Assembly: GCA_963611155.1 (NCBI GenBank)
Contig: CAVDRA010000001.1
Span: 590 to 64,589, forward strand
Source: a bacterium
Lineage (GTDB): Bacteria > Spirochaetota > Spirochaetia > Treponematales > Treponemataceae
Length of the DNA: 64,000 bases
Direction of reading: 5' to 3'
In this document: positions 30,865 through 41,832 of the stretch, piece after piece
Layout of the letters: each line of letters begins with the position of its first letter
Position numbering within the stretch: the stretch's first letter is position 1
Program-made: the position numbers and the translations under genes
The notes under the pieces: model-generated
Databases searched by the model: none
The model's input: only the letters and a program-made list of their open reading frames with translations
Told to the model about the DNA's origin: nothing

Positions 30865-32436
30865 ATGAAAAAAATTATCGCCGCTCTTGCAGCAGCAACA
30901 ATTTCTCTTTCTGCATTTGCTCTCGAATCAAACATTGCAAACAACGAAAAAGTTGAAAATGTTGCTGCAATCACAGAAATCGAGAATCCAAAAGGAAAGA
31001 AAATTTTCGTTGTCGGAGACTCAACTCTCAGCGCATTCGAAGATGCTTACTATATGCCGCGCTACGGCTACGGCACCCGTCTTCAGGATTATTTAAACGA
31101 AAAAAAAGTTGAAGTCATAAATCTCGCCATGTCAGGACGCTCGTCAAAGAGCTTCACAACAGAGGCAAACTACCAGACACTCAAAAACAACCTTAAAAAA
31201 GGCGATTTCCTTATCATCGGATTTGGCCATAACGACGAAAAAGCAGAGGAAGCGCGCTACACAAATCCAAACGGCTCAAAAGAAGAAGCCGGCTCTTTCA
31301 AAAATTCACTTTATGAAAACTATGTAAAGCTCGCGCTGGACAAAAAAGCGACACCGATTCTATGCACTCCGATTGTCCGCCGGGCTCCAGGAAAAGCATA
31401 TGAAGGCTCATTTGTCCATGTGACAAGCGATGTTACAGGATTTCCAGGCGGAGACTATCCGAAAGCAATCCGCGAGCTTGGAGAAGAGACAAAAACACTC
31501 GTAATTGATCTTACAAAAATCACAAAGGAGCGCTACGAAAAACTCGGAGACGAGGAAACAGCAAAATTTCATGCCCAGCTGTCACACAAGCCGGCTTCTG
31601 TTGACAATACACATCTGAATTATTATGGAGCGGCTGTTATAGCATATGATGTTGTGCAGGCGACTGCAAAAGGAAACAAAAATTTCGCTAAGCTTGTAGA
31701 AAAGAAAGCCGCTGCTCCAACAGAAGACTTGATCGTTTTGAAAGCAAAAAATCCTGACTATGTAATTCCAAAATACTCAGAATTCAATCCGGCAGAAGAT
31801 TCATCAGCAATCTTCACAACAACGGCTCCGTGGTATGGAACAGTATTTGGAGACTGTGGCGGACAGGAAAAAATCGCTGATCCGGACTGCTTCGAAATTG
31901 TTGAGGCTGGAAATAAAGTCACAATGCATTCAGGAGCAAAAAACGGAAGCAAATCGGTCGGAAAAATCGCTGGTGCTTCTGACGGAATCGCATTCTATTT
32001 CCAGAAAATTGACATCAGCAAAGATTTCACATTAACGGCAACCGCAAAAGTCTTGAACGTCGCAAAAAACAATCAGGTCGCATTCGGCCTTATGGTCCGC
32101 GACGATGTCTACATCGACAAATTCGACAACTCTGTCAATTCTGACTATATTGCAGTCGGCGGATTCAAATTCGCAGCTCCAGCAAATTCTAGCTACTCAA
32201 GAATCGACACCGCAATCACAGCAACAGAGTCATCATTTCCAATCGAAAACGGAACTGTCGTAGACCTTTCAATCACAAAGAAAGGCAATATCTACACTGT
32301 AAAGTGCGGCTCAAACGCAGAAGTTTCATATACAGCAAATCTGAGCAATGTTGACGCAAACAATGTTTACGCAGGACTTTATACAGCGCGGGCAGCTTAC
32401 GTCGAGTTCTCAAACGTGAAATTGACAATGAACTAA
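30865..32436 (+). CDS. Secreted SGNH/GDSL esterase (rhamnogalacturonan/pectin acetylesterase, CE12-like) with a C-terminal beta domain
   Basis: Signal peptide; VGDST, NLAMSGRSSKSF, GFGHNDE, DNTHLNYYGA. Confidence 0.82.
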   Translation: MKKIIAALAAATISLSAFALESNIANNEKVENVAAITEIENPKGKKIFVVGDSTLSAFEDAYYMPRYGYGTRLQDYLNEKKVEVINLAMSGRSSKSFTTEANYQTLKNNLKKGDFLIIGFGHNDEKAEEARYTNPNGSKEEAGSFKNSLYENYVKLALDKKATPILCTPIVRRAPGKAYEGSFVHVTSDVTGFPGGDYPKAIRELGEETKTLVIDLTKITKERYEKLGDEETAKFHAQLSHKPASVDNTHLNYYGAAVIAYDVVQATAKGNKNFAKLVEKKAAAPTEDLIVLKAKNPDYVIPKYSEFNPAEDSSAIFTTTAPWYGTVFGDCGGQEKIADPDCFEIVEAGNKVTMHSGAKNGSKSVGKIAGASDGIAFYFQKIDISKDFTLTATAKVLNVAKNNQVAFGLMVRDDVYIDKFDNSVNSDYIAVGGFKFAAPANSSYSRIDTAITATESSFPIENGTVVDLSITKKGNIYTVKCGSNAEVSYTANLSNVDANNVYAGLYTARAAYVEFSNVKLTMN

Positions 32437-32658
32437 CCTTACACTGCCGTTCAGAATGAACTCAAAACAGCAGTATTTTCATCTTAAAACTGAAAATCCC
32501 GTGCCGGAAAATAAATCTTGGCGCGGGATTTTTTTGCATGCAAATATGATAAAACAGTCTTAATTGAAACGTGTTTTTATTTATGCTACTATTTAATGTA
32601 TTTTTGCACAGAAACGCATTCTAGCGCGGAAAAAGTGCTAATCCATTTTGGGGGCTTT

Positions 32659-33888
32659 ATGAAGGTCGTTGTTATTGGCGCTCAGTGGGGCGACGAAGGA
32701 AAAGGTAAAATCGTAGATTATCTTGCAGAAGATGCTAAGTATGTTGTGCGCTACGCAGGCGGACCGAATGCCGGACACACAATTGTTGTCGACGGAAAAC
32801 AGTTTGCTCTTCATCAGGTTCCAAGCGGAATTCTTTACCCGAACAAATCAGTTTTTCTTGGGGCAGGAATGGTTATTGACCCGGAAGCTCTTTTTAACGA
32901 ACTTAAAATGCTCAAAGACAATGGAATCGACTGGGAAGGACGCGTTTTTATTTCTGATCGCGCTCACATCATTCTTCCACGCTATCGCCAGATGGATAAA
33001 GACCGCGACGCTGCCCGCAAACGCCCGATCGGAACAACTGGGCGCGGAATCGGAATTGCATATTCAGAAAAAGCCCAGCGTGACGGAATCCGCCTTGCAG
33101 ACCTCGACTGGAAACAGAAGATGGAAGAATTTGAAGGCGAAGACCTCGAATACATAAACAAATACAAAGATCAGCTAATTAAGATGCGTGTAGATCTTAC
33201 AGAAAAAATGTACGAATACCGCAATGACAACATTCTATTCGAAGGCGCACAGGGCGCAATGCTCGATATTGATTCAGGAACATATCCTTACGTTTCTTCT
33301 GGTGCTTCTTGTGCAGCCGGAGCTGCAACTGGCTGCGGAATCGGACCTCACGATTTAGACAAAATCTTAGGCGTTTTCAAAGCTTACGAAACACGCGTCG
33401 GAAACGGTCCAATGCCAACAGAATTCAATGATTCTGACGAAGCAGAAAGCGAACTCTGCCGCAAGGTACGCGAAACCGGCCGTGAATACGGAGTTACAAC
33501 AGGACGCGCACGCCGTTGCGGTTACCTCGATTTAGTTGCACTGCGCTATGCCTGCCGCGTAAATTCAATCGACAGCCTTGTTTTAACCCACCTCGACATC
33601 TACGACCCGATGGAACAGATTGAAGCCTGCGTCGCTTACGACATCAACGGAAAGATCATCACGGATTTTCCTGCTGGAGTTGAAGCAATGGAAAAGGCAA
33701 AGCCTGTACTTAAAAAGTTCAAAGGCTGGAAAACTTCTCTAAAGCAGGTTCGCGACTATGAATCGCTTCCAAAAGAAGCTCGTGAATATGTTGAATTCAT
33801 CGAAGATTTCTGCAGTACTCCAGTTGGAATAATTTCGGTAGGTTACGAGCGCGACGAAACATTCATCCGCAATAATCCGTGGAAATAG
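32659..33888 (+). CDS. purA: Adenylosuccinate synthetase
   Basis: GAQWGDEGKGK, GGPNAGHT, EGAQG, TRVGNGP, EYGVTTGRARRCG. Confidence 0.97.
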   Translation: MKVVVIGAQWGDEGKGKIVDYLAEDAKYVVRYAGGPNAGHTIVVDGKQFALHQVPSGILYPNKSVFLGAGMVIDPEALFNELKMLKDNGIDWEGRVFISDRAHIILPRYRQMDKDRDAARKRPIGTTGRGIGIAYSEKAQRDGIRLADLDWKQKMEEFEGEDLEYINKYKDQLIKMRVDLTEKMYEYRNDNILFEGAQGAMLDIDSGTYPYVSSGASCAAGAATGCGIGPHDLDKILGVFKAYETRVGNGPMPTEFNDSDEAESELCRKVRETGREYGVTTGRARRCGYLDLVALRYACRVNSIDSLVLTHLDIYDPMEQIEACVAYDINGKIITDFPAGVEAMEKAKPVLKKFKGWKTSLKQVRDYESLPKEAREYVEFIEDFCSTPVGIISVGYERDETFIRNNPWK

Positions 33889-33985
33889 AACAGAAACAAA
33901 AGGAAGCGGAGAAATAAAAAAACTCCGTTTCCATCTTCCAAACTTGAAAATTCACTTTTGCTAATTTTAACGGTAAAATAAGACT

Positions 33986-34348
33986 ATGCGGCAAAATATC
34001 AGAACAAAGCTATCATTCCTGTTTTTCGCGGCTTTTTTCACAGTTTTCCAAGCAATGTCGCTTTATCGTCAAAACAAAATCGATTACCTCCAGCTTCAAG
34101 ATTCGGGCAAATCTGCATTAAATCAAGGCGACAGCTTTCCTCCAGCGCAAGTCGCAAAATTTGAGAACAGCAGCGAAGCATCTTTTTCATCAAGCCCCAG
34201 GGCAGAAATTCTCTATGCAGAACTTTTACCCTTTTTCATAAAAATTCTTCCACAATCTAAATTTCATACAACGTCAAAATTTGACGAACAAGTTTTCCGC
34301 CTAACGCGCTACCTGCGCTCTGTAATCAAGAAACAAACGCTCCAATAA
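33986..34348 (+). CDS. Hypothetical protein with N-terminal signal/TM segment
   Basis: 120-aa ORF filling the gap between purA and the EIIA gene. Confidence 0.45.
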   Translation: MRQNIRTKLSFLFFAAFFTVFQAMSLYRQNKIDYLQLQDSGKSALNQGDSFPPAQVAKFENSSEASFSSSPRAEILYAELLPFFIKILPQSKFHTTSKFDEQVFRLTRYLRSVIKKQTLQ

Positions 34349-34435
34349 TTTCTTCCGCTAAATTTATCTTCTCTAAAAAACTTCAGCTGTCTGAAATTGC
34401 GGCTGATACAGAAAGCACAGGCAAGGAGCATTTTT

Positions 34436-34867
34436 ATGAATAAGAACAATTTGTGGATTTCACCAGATTCTGTAACAACAGAGCTCAAAGGAAAATCAAG
34501 CAAGGAAATAATAGAAGAGCTTGTCTTGCTCCTTGAAAAAAGCGGCAAGGTAGATGACAGGAATAAAGTTATTTCAGATATTCTAAAAAGAGAAGCGGCC
34601 GCAAGCACATTCATAAGAAAAGAAGTTTCAGTTCCGCATGCGACATCAAAAGGAGTCTCAGCACTTTGCGCCGCGGCAGGAATTTCAAGGCAAAAAGAAA
34701 TTTATGTGGTGGCTGTCTGGCCGGACTGCACACCCCACAATTTGAAATGTATCGCTGCCCTGATAAATTTTCTTAACGAAGACGGAGAACTTCAGAAAAT
34801 TCTTTCATCGAAAAATGATTCTGAACTATACACCATTTTTGAAAAAGGAATAATGAGAAGATTATAA
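34436..34867 (+). CDS. PTS EIIA domain protein (fructose/mannitol/Ntr type)
   Basis: KEIIEELV..L, ILKREAAAST...VSVPHA (phospho-His motif). Confidence 0.75.
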   Translation: MNKNNLWISPDSVTTELKGKSSKEIIEELVLLLEKSGKVDDRNKVISDILKREAAASTFIRKEVSVPHATSKGVSALCAAAGISRQKEIYVVAVWPDCTPHNLKCIAALINFLNEDGELQKILSSKNDSELYTIFEKGIMRRL

Positions 34868-35683
34868 AACCATTTTCTCAATAAAATCTGCCACGCCGTC
34901 CTCGTTGTTGTTTTTATCAGTAACGAAGCCGGCAAGCTTTTTTATCTGCTCATTTCCATTTTTCATAGCGACTCCATACCCGCATTTCGTTATCATGCTT
35001 TCGTCGTTCATGCTGTCGCCAAATGCCATTGTTGTGCCGGAATCTATTCCGACATATCTTGAAAGCCATAAAATAGCCTCTCCTTTTCCGCAATGGGGAG
35101 GAAGAATTTCAAGAAAATACGGCTTGCTTGTAAAAATAACAGCCTTATCGCCAAGCTCCGCTTTCAGTTTTTTCTGAAGATCTAGAAGTTTTTCAGGCTC
35201 GCCAGGAACCAGCATTTTATAGAAATCATTATTCAGAAGCTCATCATAGTTTTCAGCGTCTTTCCCTTTTAGACCGCACATTATAATATCCCGCATAGTC
35301 CAGTCTGTCTTCTTGCTATAAAAAACGGCATCTCCAGAATAAACCTCAGTCTCAAATCCCATTTTTTTCGCTTCAGAATGAACATAATGAAGAATTTCAG
35401 GCTGAACAGTTTTTTTGTATATCTGAAGCCTGTTATGCATATCGAAAATCGAGCAGCCGTTTATTGAAACTACATACCTGCCAGCTTCAAGAGCGGCGAT
35501 ATTCAGCCTGCTGACAAAAGGCCTTATTCCGGCTTCCGCCCGCCCGGAACATAAAACAACATATATTCCGCGCTGAGCACATCGCCTCAAAACTTCAACA
35601 TTTCTGTCGCTTATTTTTCTCTCGTCATCCAAAAGAGTGTCGTCCAAATCAAATGCCATTAAATTTACTTTGAGTTTTTCCAT
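34862..35683 (-). CDS. Cof-type HAD-IIB hydrolase
   Basis: AFDLDDTLL, CSGR, FLEI, FGDSMNDESM, GVAMKNG. Confidence 0.92.
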   Translation of the reverse strand: MEKLKVNLMAFDLDDTLLDDERKISDRNVEVLRRCAQRGIYVVLCSGRAEAGIRPFVSRLNIAALEAGRYVVSINGCSIFDMHNRLQIYKKTVQPEILHYVHSEAKKMGFETEVYSGDAVFYSKKTDWTMRDIIMCGLKGKDAENYDELLNNDFYKMLVPGEPEKLLDLQKKLKAELGDKAVIFTSKPYFLEILPPHCGKGEAILWLSRYVGIDSGTTMAFGDSMNDESMITKCGYGVAMKNGNEQIKKLAGFVTDKNNNEDGVADFIEKMVL

Positions 35684-35704
35684 AATTCTATTATATCATT
35701 TTTT

Positions 35705-36289
35705 ATGCTAAAATCTTTTTCTGTGTGTAGCTTAGAACAAAAAACATCGCAAGGCGAAAATAGAACAAAAATAATAACTTTCTTTTCGGCGCTCTGCCTT
35801 TTTCTTTCTGCAGTTGAATACGCCATTCCAAAACCGCTTCCGTTCCTTCGGCTCGGGCTTACAAATCTTCCAATAATTCTTTCGCTTTCCATCCTTACAA
35901 AAAGTGAAATTGCTCTAGTTGTTTTTTTTAAGATTATTGCCCAGGGAATAATTTCAGGAACAATTTTTTCATATGTATTTATTTTTTCAGCCGCGGGATC
36001 TTTTTCATCTGCGCTTGTCATGGTTCTTGCCTATTCAGTTTTCAAATCAAAAATCAGCTCTGTCGGAATCTGCATTGCAGGAGCGCTGGCAAACAACTGC
36101 GCACAGCTTTTAATCGCAAGATTTTTCCTCTTTGGAAGGAATGCAAAATATATTGCGCCGATTCTTCTTATGACAGGCTTTATAACAGGCGCTGTGCTTG
36201 GAATTTTCACTGAACTTTTCAGGCGAAAAAGCAAATGGCTAAAGATGATTGAAAAAACAGCAAAATCTGCAAAAGGCGGGCATTTATGA
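35705..36289 (+). CDS. Gx transporter family / heptaprenyl diphosphate synthase component I-like membrane protein
   Basis: LSAVEYAIPKPLPFLRLGLTNLP, FSAAGS, GALANN.AQL. Confidence 0.8.
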   Translation: MLKSFSVCSLEQKTSQGENRTKIITFFSALCLFLSAVEYAIPKPLPFLRLGLTNLPIILSLSILTKSEIALVVFFKIIAQGIISGTIFSYVFIFSAAGSFSSALVMVLAYSVFKSKISSVGICIAGALANNCAQLLIARFFLFGRNAKYIAPILLMTGFITGAVLGIFTELFRRKSKWLKMIEKTAKSAKGGHL

Positions 36290-36711
36290 CTTCTATTATC
36301 ATTCTTTGGGGATTTGTAATTCTGTTTTTCATACTTGCGTCTTGTAAAAGGAAGAAAATAAAAATTCTTCCTTCCATTTTTGTTACATTAACAATTGTTT
36401 TTTTTGCAGTTTTATCTCAACACGGAAAAGTCTTATTAACGTTCGGTAGTTTTAGAGTTACTTATGATTCTCTGTTATTAGGTTTGCGACGAAGCGGAAT
36501 CCTAGTCGGAATGGTTTTTCTGTCGCAAATTATAATAAGCCCTAAACTAAAGCTTCCGGGAAAAGCTGGAAATTTTTTAAAACTAGTTTTTTTATGGTTA
36601 GAAAAACTAACAAACGTTAGGTTAAATTTTAAGCCAAGACATATAGTCGAAACAATAGATGAAAGACTCTGTGAAATTTGGCTCCAGGAAGAAAAAACGA
36701 ATGAAAACTGA
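36286..36711 (+). CDS. Hypothetical membrane protein
   Basis: Overlaps both neighbours (ATGA overlap upstream); hydrophobic. Confidence 0.65.
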   Translation: MTSIIILWGFVILFFILASCKRKKIKILPSIFVTLTIVFFAVLSQHGKVLLTFGSFRVTYDSLLLGLRRSGILVGMVFLSQIIISPKLKLPGKAGNFLKLVFLWLEKLTNVRLNFKPRHIVETIDERLCEIWLQEEKTNEN

Positions 36712-39208
36712 AATTGAATCCCTGCCAATCGCTCCGTTTTTAACTAAAATCTGCGAAAATCTGAAAAATTCTCCCTCTCGAGCATTAATCCTTTCTGCGG
36801 AAACAGGAGCTGGAAAATCAACTGCGGTTCCAGTTGCTCTCCTTGAAAATTTCAAAGGGAAAATTCTTATGACTGAACCACGCCGTCTTGCCGCAACAGC
36901 AATCGCAGACAGAGTCTCAAGCCTTATCAACGAGCCGACAGGAAAAACGGCTGGCTACAGGCTTCATCTTGAATCGAAAACAACAAAAGAAACAAGGCTC
37001 GAAATCATAACAGAGGCAATTCTTGTCAGAATGTTGCAGTCAGATCCTCTGCTAGAACAAATCAATGTGGTTGTTCTAGATGAATTTCATGAACGCTCCG
37101 TTTATTCTGATCTTGCGCTCGCTTTTCTAAAAGAAACAATGCAGCTTCGTGATGACCTTTTTATAGTTGTAATGAGCGCGACAATAGACTGCCTAACAGT
37201 AGCGAAATATTTGGGAGCCGATTCCGAGCCTGCAACCATAATGAAAATACCAGGAAGACTTTTTCCAGTTAAAATCGAGTATAATGACAGGGAATCTGTT
37301 TTAGAAGCGATAAAATCAGTCATTAAGGAACTTCCTTCAACTAACGAAGATTTGTTTATAAGAAAAACAAATCCATCGCAATCGGTTCTTGTATTCTTGC
37401 CAGGAATTTATGAAATAAGAAAACTAAAGTCGGCACTTGAAAAAGAAAAACTGCCAGCTGAAATTCTCGCTCTTCACAGTTCGGTTTCCCTGGATGAGCA
37501 AAAAAAAGCTCTTTCACCGTCAAAGACTTCGGGAATAAGGATAATTCTTTCCTCTGCAATAGCTGAAACTTCACTGACAGTTCCTGATGTTTCGGTTGTA
37601 ATAGACGCAGGCTTTTCGCGGATAAATAAAATCGATCTGAACACAGGCATGGAAACACTTGTGACTGAAAAAGAATCAGTTTTCAGCGCAGATCAAAGAG
37701 CTGGACGAGCAGGACGCGTAAAAGAAGGAAAATGTATCCGCCTGTGGAACAAAAACGAGGCGAGAATTCTGCAACCCCCTCCTGAAATTTTGCGATCTGA
37801 CTTAACACGGCTTGTTCTTGAATGTGCGGCATGGGGCGTTACAGAAAAAAAGAAACTCACATGGCTTACAGCCCCTCTAGATTCAGCATGGGAAAATGCG
37901 AAATTTCTGCTTCAAAATCTTGACTGCCTAGATCAAAAAAACGCTCAGATAACAGCGAAGGGAAAAGCAGCCCTTTCACTTGGTCTCAATCCGCGTTTTG
38001 CCTGTGTTGCCTTAAGCGCAGGAATAAAAAATATATCGTCAGTGACTCAGTTTTTGGAATTTAAAGACGCAAGCGAAAGCCGCAGAAAACAATTCGAGCA
38101 AGATTTGTCAAAAAGACTTTTAACCGCATACGAAAAATTAAAAACAACCGAAGCGGAATTCTCATCCGGAAATCCAATGCTCGCAGGATTTCCGGACAGG
38201 CTCGCAAAATTTGAAGCTGAAGAAAAAGAGTTAGCTGTATACCAGTTTCCTTCAGGCCGGAAAGCTATTCTAAAGCGTGAAGACCTTCTGGAAAGAAAAC
38301 TTTCGGCATTTCCAGCCTGGATAATCGGGGTTGACACATCGGCGGCTTATGCAGAGAACATTGCCATAGGAAAAATCCGCGCATTTGAGACAATCGAAAA
38401 AAATGACCTGGAAACTTTCCTTGAGAAACATTCAAATGTCATCACGAAAAATGAAATTAATCTTTCAGAACACAGTCTAGCTGCAAAAAAAAATATTTCT
38501 GTTTATTTTGGCAAAATAATTCTGGCAGAAAAGAATGTATCGCAAGAATATAATGAATCCGCAGTGGCAATATGTGATTTTATAAGAAGAAACAGAATTT
38601 TTGACTTGCCATTTGATAGCCAATATACAAGCGCATTGCTTGATGAAAAGACAAAAAAATTTCTTATTCGGGTTGAATTTTTTATAACGCACTCAACAAA
38701 TGACAAAGTTTCAAACACAAAAAATGAAAAATCTCTTGCCTATAAATACTTGAATTTAAGCAAACTAACGAACGATTGGCTTTTACCTTTTATCAATTTT
38801 TCAAAAATTAATTCAGAAGAAATTTATAATGCCCTTTATTGGTTTTTAGACGGAGCCGCAATAGATGAAAGAGTTCCCTCTGAAATTATTTTACCTAACG
38901 GTCGTAAGGTAAAAATTCTATATTCAAGAGTAAGCACTCCTGATAATTCCGATTTAGGCAAGTCTTTAATTCAGCCATCAATTGAAATTATTATCCAACG
39001 TATTTTCGGTTGCTTTGAAACTCCCCAAATTTTAGGAGAGCCGATACTTTTAAAACTTCTCTCGCCCGCTTCACGTCCGCTTCAAATAACAAATGACTTA
39101 AACAATTTCTGGAAAAACACATGGCCGGAAATCTGCAAGGAGATGAAAGGCAGATACCCAAAGCACAACTGGGATTACAGGCTAACAGAAGACGGAAAAA
39201 AAGAATAA
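36701..39208 (+). CDS. hrpB: ATP-dependent RNA helicase HrpB
   Basis: AETGAGKST, EPRRLAA, DEFHERS, MSAT, AETSLTVP, QRAGRAGR; C-terminal LLSPASRPLQIT...KEMKGRYPKHNW. Confidence 0.9.
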   Translation: MKTEIESLPIAPFLTKICENLKNSPSRALILSAETGAGKSTAVPVALLENFKGKILMTEPRRLAATAIADRVSSLINEPTGKTAGYRLHLESKTTKETRLEIITEAILVRMLQSDPLLEQINVVVLDEFHERSVYSDLALAFLKETMQLRDDLFIVVMSATIDCLTVAKYLGADSEPATIMKIPGRLFPVKIEYNDRESVLEAIKSVIKELPSTNEDLFIRKTNPSQSVLVFLPGIYEIRKLKSALEKEKLPAEILALHSSVSLDEQKKALSPSKTSGIRIILSSAIAETSLTVPDVSVVIDAGFSRINKIDLNTGMETLVTEKESVFSADQRAGRAGRVKEGKCIRLWNKNEARILQPPPEILRSDLTRLVLECAAWGVTEKKKLTWLTAPLDSAWENAKFLLQNLDCLDQKNAQITAKGKAALSLGLNPRFACVALSAGIKNISSVTQFLEFKDASESRRKQFEQDLSKRLLTAYEKLKTTEAEFSSGNPMLAGFPDRLAKFEAEEKELAVYQFPSGRKAILKREDLLERKLSAFPAWIIGVDTSAAYAENIAIGKIRAFETIEKNDLETFLEKHSNVITKNEINLSEHSLAAKKNISVYFGKIILAEKNVSQEYNESAVAICDFIRRNRIFDLPFDSQYTSALLDEKTKKFLIRVEFFITHSTNDKVSNTKNEKSLAYKYLNLSKLTNDWLLPFINFSKINSEEIYNALYWFLDGAAIDERVPSEIILPNGRKVKILYSRVSTPDNSDLGKSLIQPSIEIIIQRIFGCFETPQILGEPILLKLLSPASRPLQITNDLNNFWKNTWPEICKEMKGRYPKHNWDYRLTEDGKKE

Positions 39209-39228
39209 AAAAACGACCGTTAGTCTTT

Positions 39229-39670
39229 TTACAGCAAATATAACTGAGTGTCTTTAAAACTTTCCTGTTTTGCAGTTTTTACTAAATCGCCGGGCAAAGA
39301 TTCTACAATTAAAAACGAGGAATTTGGATTGTGCTTGGCATAATTTTTCTGGACTGTTTTTTCGTCGTAATTTGCGTAGCAGTATTTGCAAAGATGCGGA
39401 CACGAGTTGTAATGTGCAATGTCGCGCATTGGAAGGCAGGCACAATGCTTTCTTAGATTCTGCGCACTGTATTTTAACAAACGTTTGTTAGTTATATTTT
39501 CTATAAGTTCTTTAGAAACACATTCTCGCTTTCTATTCCGTACAGAGAAAGGTCTAATTTTTCTGCGCAGGATTCAATTTTTATGCCGAAACTTAAGGCA
39601 ATTCTCGAAAAACTTCCGGCAATAAATTTCTGGTCGGCTTCGCCTACTTCTTTTAATTCGGGAAAATTCA
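39229..39670 (-). pseudogene. DUF1848-family remnant (C-terminal half, frameshifted)
   Basis: IESCAE, then in another frame CACLPMRDIAHYNSCPHLCKYCYAN...HNPNSSFL; N-terminal half absent. Confidence 0.7.
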
Positions 39671-39745
39671 TTGAAGAATACGCGCCTTGGAGCAACTCAT
39701 CTCAACCACCGGGTTTAGCACTTTTAGACATTTCCATGATATTTT

Positions 39746-40141
39746 TTACCTATAGCCGCATTTTTCGCATTGAACCATTGGCTTTTCTGTTGGTTCACGG
39801 TAAAAAATTCCTGACCATTTGCAGATGCTCTGCAGGATTGGAACAACGGAATTTCCTTTTCCGGTAAGCGAGTATTCACCCCCCGGAGGAATTTTGTCGT
39901 AGGATTTTCTGCATGCAAGCTGGTTTGTAATTAAGCCTTTTAAGGTTGAATCAAGAACGGCGTCTGTAATGTTGCCTATTTTCTGCCTGAGCTCGCTGTA
40001 GCGCAGAGTCTTTTTTGCGGATAACACGCAGATAATTCTTGAATTCCATTTTCCGCCAAAAAGTTCAAGTCCATATTCTAAAGGACAGCGGATGTCTTTT
40101 TCTAATTTTTTCTGATACCAGCGCACAAGTTTGCAGGACAA
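39746..40141 (-). CDS. HxlR-family winged-helix regulator, possibly decaying
   Basis: CPLEYGLELFGGKWNSRII, LRYSEL, YDKIPPGGEYSLT; no clear ATG/RBS at the expected start. Confidence 0.65.
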   Translation of the reverse strand: MSCKLVRWYQKKLEKDIRCPLEYGLELFGGKWNSRIICVLSAKKTLRYSELRQKIGNITDAVLDSTLKGLITNQLACRKSYDKIPPGGEYSLTGKGNSVVPILQSICKWSGIFYREPTEKPMVQCEKCGYR

Positions 40142-40216
40142 CGTTTATTGCGTTTTTAACAAGATGAATGCTGTTTTTTTTGTCTTGAGAATTCCTCTTT
40201 GGTCTTGCACAATTTC

Positions 40217-40540
40217 CTAAATCTTTTCCCGGCAGACTTTTTCAATTTCCTGCGAAACGCGTTCTATCAGTTCAGTTTCGAGCGACTTTTTATATTTGCT
40301 TTTGAATGACTCTGCAATGTTTTCCGGGCAGGAAGTTTTAGAAAACAAAAGTTCTGGCTCAATTTTTAAAATCTTTGAAATTTCATCGATAACCTGCGGA
40401 GGAGGAAAAGACGTGCCGCCTTCAATGCTGTTTATATAGTTGAATCCCTTGTTCAGCATAACCGACAAATCTTTTTGAGAAAATTCTGCCTGCTTTCTAT
40501 AAAACTTTAGATTTTCAATGAATGTTTCCTGCAACCCCAT
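40217..40540 (-). CDS. XRE-family HTH transcriptional regulator
   Basis: FIENLKFYRKQAEFSQKDLS...YINSIEGG.SFPP...IS..L. Confidence 0.85.
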   Translation of the reverse strand: MGLQETFIENLKFYRKQAEFSQKDLSVMLNKGFNYINSIEGGTSFPPPQVIDEISKILKIEPELLFSKTSCPENIAESFKSKYKKSLETELIERVSQEIEKVCREKI

Positions 40541-40725
40541 AGGGAATTTATAGAACTTTTTTTCAATCAAAAAACACGCTTTTAACGAATCAAATTTGAA
40601 TTTCTAATATAAATTCCATAAAATAATGTATTAACTAACGCTAAAACAATGTAAAAGAACAAAAACAGCCTTTTAATTCATTAAAACAGTGTTTTTAACA
40701 GACATTTTTTTTCAGGAGAGATTTC

Positions 40726-41814
40726 ATGCAGAACAAAATTAGTCTATCCACGGTAAAACAAGAACGTTCTTCAAACTTTGAGCTTTTAAGAATTTTTTCA
40801 ATGCTTATGATTGTCGCAAGCCACGCGGCCCAGCACGCAGGAAAAGGCAGTTTTTCTTTAATGGCGGCCGCGCCGGGAATAAATTTGCTGAGCGTAATTC
40901 TCCTTGGAACCTACGGACAGTTAGGAGTTCTTCTTTTTATAATTATTTCAAGCTGGTTTTTGTGCGGCAAACAGGGAATCCGCATTCAAAAGGCCGTTAA
41001 CCTTTATCTGCAGGCAATGCTTTGCTCCGTGGCGATTTTCTTTTTTATAAAGATTTTTAATTTTGAGCCGCTGGGTGCAAAACAGTTTATAAAAGCGCTT
41101 TTAACGCCGGCTTATTCAGGCTACTGGTTTATAAAAACCTATCTGTTCTTTTATATTCTGGTGCCGTTTTTGCAGAATTATTTGCAAAAGACCGAAGAAA
41201 AAGAACTAAAAAAACTTTTTATTGTCCTTACAATTTTGATTCCAGTTTTAAGATTTTTCTTTATATCAGATAATTTTGGCAATGTAGAAGATTTTGTCTA
41301 CGTTTTTATTGCTGTGTTTTATCTAAAAAAACATCCGGATAATTTTATCGAAAAACACGCGCGAGCGCTTACTGCGGTTCTGCTTGTTTTAATGTGGTCT
41401 TCTTTATTTTTGATAAATTTTATCTGCTATAAATTCAATCTGGAAAGTAAAAAACTTGTATTAATGATGCACATTTTTAAAACGAGAAATATTTTTCTGA
41501 TGATTCTTGCAATGTCGATTTTTTATATTTTTAAAAATCATGTAAAAATTGGACACTCAAAAATTATAAACGCAGTTGCAGGAACAACGCTCGGTGTTTA
41601 CATTTTCCACGAAAATCCGCTTTTGTACTCATATGGAGAAAACGGCGTGCGCGAAACAGCCCTTTTATTTGAAGGCTGGCTAAAACTTGGCGGGCATTTT
41701 GAAACCGACAGATTTTTTGCTTTGTATTTTATCGGCTGCGTACTTTTAGTTTTTGCAGTTTGCAGCCTATTGGATTTTGCAAGAAAGGGAATTTGCAGAG
41801 TTTTTAAGAAATAA
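40726..41814 (+). CDS. Acyltransferase family 3 (OafA-like) membrane O-acyltransferase
   Basis: RSSNFELLRIFSMLMIVASH, GVLLFIIIS, YWFIKTY, TLGVYIFHE; about 10 TMs. Confidence 0.85.
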   Translation: MQNKISLSTVKQERSSNFELLRIFSMLMIVASHAAQHAGKGSFSLMAAAPGINLLSVILLGTYGQLGVLLFIIISSWFLCGKQGIRIQKAVNLYLQAMLCSVAIFFFIKIFNFEPLGAKQFIKALLTPAYSGYWFIKTYLFFYILVPFLQNYLQKTEEKELKKLFIVLTILIPVLRFFFISDNFGNVEDFVYVFIAVFYLKKHPDNFIEKHARALTAVLLVLMWSSLFLINFICYKFNLESKKLVLMMHIFKTRNIFLMILAMSIFYIFKNHVKIGHSKIINAVAGTTLGVYIFHENPLLYSYGENGVRETALLFEGWLKLGGHFETDRFFALYFIGCVLLVFAVCSLLDFARKGICRVFKK

Positions 41815-41832
41815 AAGCGGAATTGCGGGCAT